Source: SAR116 cluster bacterium AG-355-O21
GTDB lineage: Bacteria > Pseudomonadota > Alphaproteobacteria > Thalassobaculales > Thalassobaculaceae
Direction: 5' to 3'
DNA length: 64,000 bases
Assembly: GCA_003280605.1 (NCBI GenBank)
Contig: QCEM01000003.1
Location: forward strand, 24,210-88,209
Within the stretch, counting starts at the first letter, position 1. Every line of letters begins with the position of its first letter. Of the stretch, positions 57,475 through 64,000 are shown one piece after another. The translations under genes and the position numbers were made by a program. Below the pieces are notes generated by a model. The model worked only from the letters and a program-made list of their open reading frames with translations, did no database searches and was not told the DNA's origin.

Positions 57475-59346
57475 TTAAGCAGCATCGGAACGGCGTTGTC
57501 GACCTGCCCGGCCGCCAGCGCTATCTTCCTCAAACAAGGCTGTGAGCTGATCCATCATCGTGCCGCCCAATTGCTCGGCATCAACGATGGTCACGGCTCG
57601 GCGATAGTAGCGGGTAACGTCATGACCAATGCCAATGGCGATTAGCTCTACCGGCGAGCGACCTTCGATATATTTGATTGCTTCACGCAGGTGGCGTTCC
57701 AGATAATTGCCGGGATTAACCGATAGGGTTGAATCATCAACCGGCGCGCCATCTGAAATAACCATCAAAATGCGCCGCTCTTCCGGTCGCGCCAGCAACC
57801 GTTGATGCGCCCACATCAGCGCCTCGCCATCGATATTTTCTTTCAAAATGCCTTCGCGCAGCATCAATCCAAGGGATTTACGCGCCCGCCGCCAGGGGGC
57901 ATCTGCCGGCTTGTAGACAATATGACGAAGGTCATTTAAGCGGCCAGGGTTGGCCGGTTTACCGGCGGCAATCCATTTTTCCCGGGCACTGCCGCCCTTC
58001 CACGCACGGGTGGTGAAACCGAGAATTTCAACCTTCACCGCGCAACGCTCGAGGGTGCGGGCCATAATATCGGCGCAAATGGCGGCAATTGAGATCGGCC
58101 GACCACGCATTGAACCTGAATTATCAATCAGCAACGTTACCACGGTGTCACGGAAGTCGGTGTCATGCTCAAGTTTAAATGACAACGGCTGAAGCGGCGT
58201 TGAGACGACCCGCGATAACCGGCCAGCGTCCAAAATACCCTCATCAAGATCAAATTCCCACGAGCGATTCTGCTTCGCCATTAAACGGCGCTGTAAGCGG
58301 TTAGCAAGTTTAGAGATCACCCCTTGAAGATGGGCAATTTGCTGATCAAGCAAGGTCCGCAAGCGGACCAACTCATCGTTGTCGCAGAGATCTTCAGCGG
58401 CCACCACTTCATCATATTCAGTCGTAAATGGGCGATAGCCTTTATCATTTTGACCGTCACCTTGCGACATTGGCGGTGTTGGCGGCGTGCCCGGCGTCGA
58501 CGTTTCATCATCGGCACCGCCAGGTTCCATATCCATATCCGAGATATCATCGGATTCCATGGTTTCATCGCCGGCTTCCATTTCGGCAGCGGTCATTTCA
58601 GACTCGTCGCCATCCTCGCTCATTCCGCGCGTGCCGCTATCCGCGTTGTCTTCCGCATCGCCGCTTTCGTCATCACCCTCACTGTCGTCACTGCTGTCCT
58701 CAGACATGCTTTCGTCGCCGAGTTCAACATCCAGGTCATCAATCAGTCGCCGCGTGGCCTCGGCAAAGGCTTTTTGATCGCCAAGAACCGCCTTCAGGGA
58801 TTCTAAATCGGCTTGAATTTTCTCTTCAATCTCCGGTCGCCAAAGATCGACAGCAGCTTGCGCCGCAGCCGGCGGCGGCGATCCGGTGAACGCTTCGCGG
58901 GTCAGCAGGCGGACCGCGTCCGACATCGACACGTCACGGCGATCTGTGACGCTCTCAAAGCCTTTGCGCTGGTATTGGTCTTCTAAGATAACCTCAAGAT
59001 TACGGCTAACACCTGGGCGATTGGCCGTACCCAAGGCCTCAATCCGAGATTCCTCAACAACGTCGAAAATCTCTCGTGCCGACTGCCCGCTTGGCCGCAA
59101 GCGGTTGTGCATCCGGTCGTCATGATAGCGCATTTTTATGGCGATGTTATCAGCCTCGCCGCGCACCCGGGCAACGTCATCGGTGTTCAGGTCACGCGGG
59201 GGATTGGGCAAGCGGGCGCGGTTCGCCGACATGCCCGGCGTCTCAGCACCATAGGAGACGTCTAATTCTTCTTCCCCCGCCATGGTTCGAAGACAGCCGG
59301 CAGTTGCCCGCTTAAACTCTTCAATCGCCTCATCATCCACGCTCAT
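57475..59346 (-). CDS. cobT: CobT-type protein (acidic linker + C-terminal VWA domain)
   Basis: 623 aa. N-terminal CobT region, a long Asp/Glu-rich linker and a VWA domain ([16 protein letters not shown]). Confidence 0.8.
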   Translation of the reverse strand: MSVDDEAIEEFKRATAGCLRTMAGEEELDVSYGAETPGMSANRARLPNPPRDLNTDDVARVRGEADNIAIKMRYHDDRMHNRLRPSGQSAREIFDVVEESRIEALGTANRPGVSRNLEVILEDQYQRKGFESVTDRRDVSMSDAVRLLTREAFTGSPPPAAAQAAVDLWRPEIEEKIQADLESLKAVLGDQKAFAEATRRLIDDLDVELGDESMSEDSSDDSEGDDESGDAEDNADSGTRGMSEDGDESEMTAAEMEAGDETMESDDISDMDMEPGGADDETSTPGTPPTPPMSQGDGQNDKGYRPFTTEYDEVVAAEDLCDNDELVRLRTLLDQQIAHLQGVISKLANRLQRRLMAKQNRSWEFDLDEGILDAGRLSRVVSTPLQPLSFKLEHDTDFRDTVVTLLIDNSGSMRGRPISIAAICADIMARTLERCAVKVEILGFTTRAWKGGSAREKWIAAGKPANPGRLNDLRHIVYKPADAPWRRARKSLGLMLREGILKENIDGEALMWAHQRLLARPEERRILMVISDGAPVDDSTLSVNPGNYLERHLREAIKYIEGRSPVELIAIGIGHDVTRYYRRAVTIVDAEQLGGTMMDQLTALFEEDSAGGRAGRQRRSDAA

Positions 59347-59366
59347 CTGACCACCTGCCGATTGAT

Positions 59367-60371
59367 TTATTCCGCTGCAACTGCGCTGCTTTCCGGCAGC
59401 TCGGCGTTAAAGCACCGCTGGTAGTATTCCGCCACAGTGGTGCGTTCGACCTCATCGCATTTATTCAGGAACGACAAGCGGAAGGCAAAACCGATATCAC
59501 CGCCAAAAATATCTGCATTTTCGGCCCAGGTGATCACTGTCCGAGGTGACATGACGGTAGAAATATCACCATTCATAAAGCCTGTGCGGGTCAATTCGGC
59601 CAGCGAGACCATCGCCGCCAGGTTTTTCCGGCCGGCCTCGGAGTCATAGCTTGGCACTTTGGCCAGCACGATGTTTGTCTCCGCCTCATGGGGCAGGTAG
59701 TTCAAGGTTGAGACGATGCTCCAGCGGTCCATTTGGCCTTGGTTGATTTGCTGGGTACCGTGATACAGCCCGGTGGTATCCCCTAAGCCAACCGTATTGG
59801 CCGTCGCGAATAACCGGAAATGCTTGTTCGGGTGCAAGACCTTATTGGTGTCCAATAGGGTCAGCTTGCCGTCAACTTCCAGTACCCGCTGAATGACAAA
59901 CATCACATCGGCGCGGCCAGCGTCATATTCATCAAACACCAGGGCAACGGTATTTTGTAGCGCCCATGGCAAAATCCCTTCGCGGAATTCGGTCACTTGC
60001 ATGCCGTCACGCAGGACAATCGCATCCTTGCCGATCAAATCAATCCGGCTGATGTGGCTGTCTAGATTGACGCGCACACACGGCCAATTCAAGCGTGCGG
60101 CGACCTGCTCGATATGCGTTGATTTACCGGTCCCATGGTAGCCTTGCACCATGACCCGGCGGTTACGCGCAAAGCCTGCCAAGATCGCCAAGGTGGTATC
60201 ATGATCAAACAAATACGAATCATCGAATGTCGGCGTATATTCGCTTGGCTCGCTGAAGGCCGGAACCTGCATATCGACATCGATACCAAAGACATCGCGC
60301 ACATTGACTGTGGTGTCTGGTTGGTCAAAGTGATGCGCGGGCTTGCGCTCGTATTCGTGTGCTTGCGCCAT
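59367..60371 (-). CDS. cobS: CobS-type AAA+ (MoxR-like) ATPase
   Basis: Walker [10 protein letters not shown], Walker B LVFDEYD, and CobS-like N- and C-termini. Confidence 0.85.
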   Translation of the reverse strand: MAQAHEYERKPAHHFDQPDTTVNVRDVFGIDVDMQVPAFSEPSEYTPTFDDSYLFDHDTTLAILAGFARNRRVMVQGYHGTGKSTHIEQVAARLNWPCVRVNLDSHISRIDLIGKDAIVLRDGMQVTEFREGILPWALQNTVALVFDEYDAGRADVMFVIQRVLEVDGKLTLLDTNKVLHPNKHFRLFATANTVGLGDTTGLYHGTQQINQGQMDRWSIVSTLNYLPHEAETNIVLAKVPSYDSEAGRKNLAAMVSLAELTRTGFMNGDISTVMSPRTVITWAENADIFGGDIGFAFRLSFLNKCDEVERTTVAEYYQRCFNAELPESSAVAAE

Positions 60372-60440
60372 GAAGATTATCCAACTTTTGTAAAAGGTGT
60401 CCGATTAATATCGACTATAGGGTACTGAGTTCAAGCAAAT

Positions 60441-61016
60441 CTATCCAAGAAAGCGTTTCAAGGTGGTATAGGCGTCATTGATCAATTTCAAGCGTTCTTC
60501 TGCCTCACGGTCGCCACCGTTGGCATCGGGATGATGAATTTTGACCAAAGATTTGTACTGAGCTTTCAGCTCGGCAATTGTCACCGGTGGTGACAAATGC
60601 ATGGTTTGGAATGCTTTTTCCTCCGCACTTTGCGGTCGCGGTTGACTTGGATCATGGCGTTCGCCGTTGGGACTCTCACCATCAAATAAATCAAAAGGAT
60701 CACGAAAGCCCCACGCCGGCCCCTCACCTTTGGCAGCCGTGCCAAAGGGCCAGCTTGGCCGATTCCAGGTTGTCGAACGCCGCAAATCGGCTTCAACTTC
60801 CGCCTCGCTCATCCCGGCATAATAGTTCCAGGCCCGGTTATATTCTCGCACGTGCTCAAGGCAGAACCAGTAATAGTCATTCAAACGATCACGTGCTTTC
60901 GGCGCCCGAAACTCGCCTGCCGAGGTGCACCCAGGGACATCGCAACAACGCACACCGGTGGCGCCAAAATCGGAGCGCAGAGGTGTCATATCTATTTGGC
61001 CTCTTCTCATGCTCAT
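60441..61016 (-). CDS. J-domain protein with an N-terminal Cys/His cluster
   Basis: C-terminal J domain (LKAQYKSLVKIHHPDANGG..INDAYTTLK). The N-terminus reads CCDVPGC..FCLEHVREYN. The start is uncertain. Confidence 0.75.
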   Translation of the reverse strand: MSMRRGQIDMTPLRSDFGATGVRCCDVPGCTSAGEFRAPKARDRLNDYYWFCLEHVREYNRAWNYYAGMSEAEVEADLRRSTTWNRPSWPFGTAAKGEGPAWGFRDPFDLFDGESPNGERHDPSQPRPQSAEEKAFQTMHLSPPVTIAELKAQYKSLVKIHHPDANGGDREAEERLKLINDAYTTLKRFLG

Positions 61017-61092
61017 GATTATAGTGTGGCCATACGCTAATGAAAACCGCCCGCGCACACGAAAGCGCCATCAATTAGAGGGATTTGTAACC

Positions 61093-61374
61093 ATGGTTGG
61101 CTCTGTGACCGAACAGATCGAGCAAAAACTGCGCGCGGACTTTGCGCCTTCAGAGCTTGAAATCATTGATGACTCCTATAAGCACCGCGGGCATAGCGGT
61201 TGGCGCGAGGGTGGCGAAAGCCATTTTCAAGTGTCAATGACCAGCGCCCGTTTTCGCGGCGAAAGCAGAGTCAATTGCCAACGCATGGTCTATCAAACCT
61301 TACAGGCCGAGCTTGCAGGCCCTGTGCATGCCTTGTCTCTGAATTTACGTGCCGAACCATTGCCACATAAGTAA
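61093..61374 (+). CDS. BolA family protein
   Basis: EIIDDSYKHRGHSG..SHFQV..SARF.G.SRV..QRMVY and HALSL. Divergent from the J-protein gene. Confidence 0.8.
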   Translation: MVGSVTEQIEQKLRADFAPSELEIIDDSYKHRGHSGWREGGESHFQVSMTSARFRGESRVNCQRMVYQTLQAELAGPVHALSLNLRAEPLPHK

Positions 61375-61633
61375 TACAAAAAAATATTACTTTTTTTATT
61401 AAATTTTTTGGATCAGGCGCTGCTGATTACGCTTGTATTACGAATCCACTAAAATAATTAAAATAGTTATGGATTCCTGGTATTTAATATTGGCATATCA
61501 TATTAATCTTTTTTGCTAAGTTTAGTTGCATTAAGCGTACTTTAGGATATTTTTACATTGATAGTGTTTTAAAACTCATCCTTGATGGTGGTTGAAAATT
61601 TTGGCTACTGAAGATCTGTGCTGAGGGACCGTT

Positions 61634-61927
61634 ATGACATCATTGGTAAGCCGTAATATTTACGTCAATGGCCGTCGCACCAGCATGCGATTAGAGCTTG
61701 AGGTATGGGCGGCGCTTGAAGAAATCGGCGCTCGCGAGGGCATGACCACGAGCACCCTGTGCACGTTTATCAACAAACATCCCAGACGCGGCAGTTTTAC
61801 CTCAGTTATCAGAACATTTGCGCTGTTATATTACCGCGAGCTGGTGACGATTTTAGAGCAAAATCAACGCCGTGATCATGCGGTCGCAGAAAATTTAATT
61901 AATCGCGCCCTGACAGCGATAAAATAG
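61634..61927 (+). CDS. Ribbon-helix-helix domain protein (RHH_4 type)
   Basis: NIYVNGRRTSMRLELEVWAALEEIGAREGMTTSTLCTFI fits the RHH pattern SVRLE..FW.AL..IA...G.S. Confidence 0.6.
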   Translation: MTSLVSRNIYVNGRRTSMRLELEVWAALEEIGAREGMTTSTLCTFINKHPRRGSFTSVIRTFALLYYRELVTILEQNQRRDHAVAENLINRALTAIK

Positions 61928-61956
61928 CCATTGTCTGCCGACTGTGGCTATTTTTT
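61922..61956. terminator. Bidirectional rho-independent-type terminator between convergent genes
   Basis: AAATAGCCA - 14 nt - TGGCTATTT (9-bp arms) followed by TTTTTT. The TAG stops of both convergent genes lie inside the arms. Confidence 0.55.
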
Positions 61957-62532
61957 CGGCGCCTCACCTTTGTAGAACGCTGGATAGTGATCACGAATAA
62001 TGTCACCGCGATCAGAATAGGCCCAGCATGAGTTTAACATTCGCGGCGCTTTATTCGATGATCCCGGTTGTGGATCTTGATCATCATTTTGCCGGCGATT
62101 GCGGGCATTCAAACCCCACATTGCCTGATAGGCCGTTGTTGCCATTGGCCCTAAAAGTTCAACCAAATGCGTGCACCCTTCGATGCCGCCGAGCTTCTGG
62201 CGAACAATACGCCGCCAACCAGGACCAATCTTGACACCCTTCAGCCGCTGAAAATTCACTGTCACCGCCGGACAGCTTGCAAACGGGCTAGCATCGGTCA
62301 CAGCTTCGACTGCTTGGATCGTGAAATCGCGATCAAGCGTGAGGCGCAGCCACATGTCATGAATAGGTTGCCCGGGAAGAATTGGACCACGCCAACGATT
62401 GGGGATTTCATAGCTTTTCACATCCGTCATGTGGCCTTCGATATCAATCAGGTCATCATCGCGGTGAAAAGCATTACAGGTGACGGTGCGCGTGTGCACA
62501 GGGCTACGCGCGGTGGACGGACTAAGCGGCAT
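61948..62532 (-). CDS. DUF2889 domain protein
   Basis: HTRTVTCNAFHRDDDLIDIEGHMTDVK and GCTHLVELLGPMATTAYQ are DUF2889-like. The start is uncertain. Confidence 0.6.
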   Translation of the reverse strand: MPLSPSTARSPVHTRTVTCNAFHRDDDLIDIEGHMTDVKSYEIPNRWRGPILPGQPIHDMWLRLTLDRDFTIQAVEAVTDASPFASCPAVTVNFQRLKGVKIGPGWRRIVRQKLGGIEGCTHLVELLGPMATTAYQAMWGLNARNRRQNDDQDPQPGSSNKAPRMLNSCWAYSDRGDIIRDHYPAFYKGEAPKK

Positions 62533-62628
62533 GGGGCGCTCTTTTGATGATCTCAGACGACGGCAAGATACCGCGCTCCGAGCGAGCGTCAATAGCAACG
62601 ATGATGCAGCCTACCCGGCACCGTAATT

Positions 62629-63081
62629 TTAATTCAACCCGCTCATACCAACGCCGGAAATGAAGGCTTCACGCTCCAGCAAATCAGCCTCCAACTGGGC
62701 CGTTAACGCAGCCTGCAAATCACGCACGGAAACAATACCTACCAGGTTATGGCCGTCGACGATTGGTAAATGCCGATAGCCGCCAGCCGACATCCGCTCC
62801 CAGGCCTCGCGCAGAAAAGCATCTGGCGCGACCGTGTCTGGATTGTGGGTCATGACCTGATCTAAGGCTGTCGCATCTGGCGGCAAACCTGCGGCCACCA
62901 CACGGGTGGTGATATCACGCTCGGTGCAAATTCCCTTCAAACGATGATCCTGCACCACTAAAATCGCACTGATTTTTTTATGCGCCATCAGCCGGGCTGC
63001 GGCCCGGACACTTTCCTCAGGCTGCAACGTAACTAAATTCCTCGGGCCAACGACGTCCGGCATGATCCGAACTTCTGCCAT
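62629..63081 (-). CDS. CBS-pair domain protein
   Basis: Two CBS motifs (ISAILVV..LKGICTERDI and HLPIVDGHNLVGIVSVRDL). 150 aa. Confidence 0.8.
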   Translation of the reverse strand: MAEVRIMPDVVGPRNLVTLQPEESVRAAARLMAHKKISAILVVQDHRLKGICTERDITTRVVAAGLPPDATALDQVMTHNPDTVAPDAFLREAWERMSAGGYRHLPIVDGHNLVGIVSVRDLQAALTAQLEADLLEREAFISGVGMSGLN

Positions 63082-63153
63082 CGCATCCTCCCTTACGGAT
63101 TATCGCTGCATGAAAGCCTTTCATATTGTCAGGTATTTTTCAACCTTAGATAG

Positions 63154-64000
63154 CTAGCCAAGCTTACGATCCGTGCGGGCGGCCGCGCCAATGGTGACGT
63201 TCGGTGGCACTAACCGCATCAAAGTAATGCGATTTCCCGACCGACGAAGGATTTTAAATTGAATCCCATGGAACCGAAATTCTTGGGCAATTTCCGGTAT
63301 TCGGCGGGATTCATGTAAAACCAAACCGGCAATGGTCGATGCCGCCTCATCCGGTAACGACCAATCAAACTCACGGTTAAGGTCGCGGATCGTCACCGTG
63401 CCATCAACCAGTAACGTGCCGTCGCTTTGCGGCCGCACACCTGCCACCGCAACATCGTGCTCATCGACAATATCACCGACAATTTCCTCTAAGATATCCT
63501 CCAGGGTGATGATCCCCATAAAGGCACCATATTCATCAATGACTGTCGCAAAATGTTCGCGGCGGCTTCGGAAAGCCTGCAATTGGTCAAGCAAGCTTGT
63601 GGTTTCCGGAACGAACCAAGGTTGACTGGCCAAATCCAGGACTTGAATTTCAGCGATTTCATCATCGGTCTTATCACGCAGGGCGCGCAGCAGGCTTTTT
63701 GCATGCAAGACTCCGACAATATTGTCCTGGTGCTCGTGCCATAATGGTACCCGCGTATACGGACTTTCGATCACTTGCTGAATCAATTCACCAATCGGTG
63801 TGTCGGCCTCAAGCATCACCACATTGCTGCGATGGGTCATCACGTCCTCAATCCAAACATCACCTAAATCCAGGATACTGCGCAGCATTTGTCGTTCATG
63901 CTCAGCATCTTGGTCAGGGCCTTCATGTAAATCAATCATGCCCCGAAGTTCGGCTTCGCTTTCATCATGGCCAAGGGTTGCTGACACCCGGACGCCACCA
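63154..64000 (-). CDS. Hemolysin/CorC-TlyC family protein (CBS pair + CorC_HlyC domain); N-terminal part outside window
   Basis: EDVMTHRSNVVML, the CBS pair, and the C-terminal transporter-associated domain (DGTLLVDGTVTIRDLN). The frame stays open to the window edge. Confidence 0.8.
   Translation of the reverse strand, partial: GGVRVSATLGHDESEAELRGMIDLHEGPDQDAEHERQMLRSILDLGDVWIEDVMTHRSNVVMLEADTPIGELIQQVIESPYTRVPLWHEHQDNIVGVLHAKSLLRALRDKTDDEIAEIQVLDLASQPWFVPETTSLLDQLQAFRSRREHFATVIDEYGAFMGIITLEDILEEIVGDIVDEHDVAVAGVRPQSDGTLLVDGTVTIRDLNREFDWSLPDEAASTIAGLVLHESRRIPEIAQEFRFHGIQFKILRRSGNRITLMRLVPPNVTIGAAARTDRKLG

Noticed and set aside
61375-61633. AT-rich island as a chromosomal replication origin.
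   Set aside because: I could not find a cluster of DnaA boxes (TTATCCACA-like) or clear CtrA TTAA-N7-TTAA sites. The flanking genes are not the usual alphaproteobacterial ori neighbours.
1-64000. Search for mobile elements, prophage, defence islands, CRISPR, tRNA or rRNA genes.
   Set aside because: No transposase, integrase, phage, Cas or restriction-like ORFs were recognised among the translated frames. No spaced repeat arrays or tRNA-like T-arm/acceptor patterns were seen in the intergenic regions by eye.

Overview
This 64-kb stretch reads like a chromosomal segment of an alphaproteobacterium. G+C is in the mid-50s % by eye. The syntenies are alpha-type: lgt / DUF185 methyltransferase / pgeF, prs-rplY-pth-ychF, and bolA / J-protein / cobS / cobT. 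I can support about 65 protein genes. They include a flavoprotein-SelD fusion with selU, glpD, a dimethylglycine-dehydrogenase-like gene, a TPP-riboswitch-controlled thiY-like/tenA pair, egtB-egtD (ergothioneine), and a seven-gene amidohydrolase-rich block (23.9-32.7 kb). They also include the complete zinc module (znuA, divergent znuC-znuB-zur and a perfect Zur box), soxR with a SoxR box, and housekeeping genes. I found no rRNA, tRNA, CRISPR array, transposase, integrase or phage genes. Several genes look decayed: an RTX/serralysin-like gene with three lesions, a VOC-family gene, a MaoC-like gene, an internal glpR remnant and an MFS remnant. I did not find a convincing novel multi-gene system. 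The most unexplained signals are listed here. (1) A duplicated ~55-nt structured leader brackets a DUF1330 gene (5084-5639). (2) The amidohydrolase block has no transporter or regulator. (3) A small ORF is translationally coupled to an amidase/AtzH-like pair. (4) A cobS-cobT pair sits next to a zinc-finger J-protein and a BolA-family gene. (5) A ~260-bp AT-rich island lies upstream of a ribbon-helix-helix gene. All family calls come from motif recognition by eye, with no database search. Coordinates of non-ORF features may be off by a base or two.
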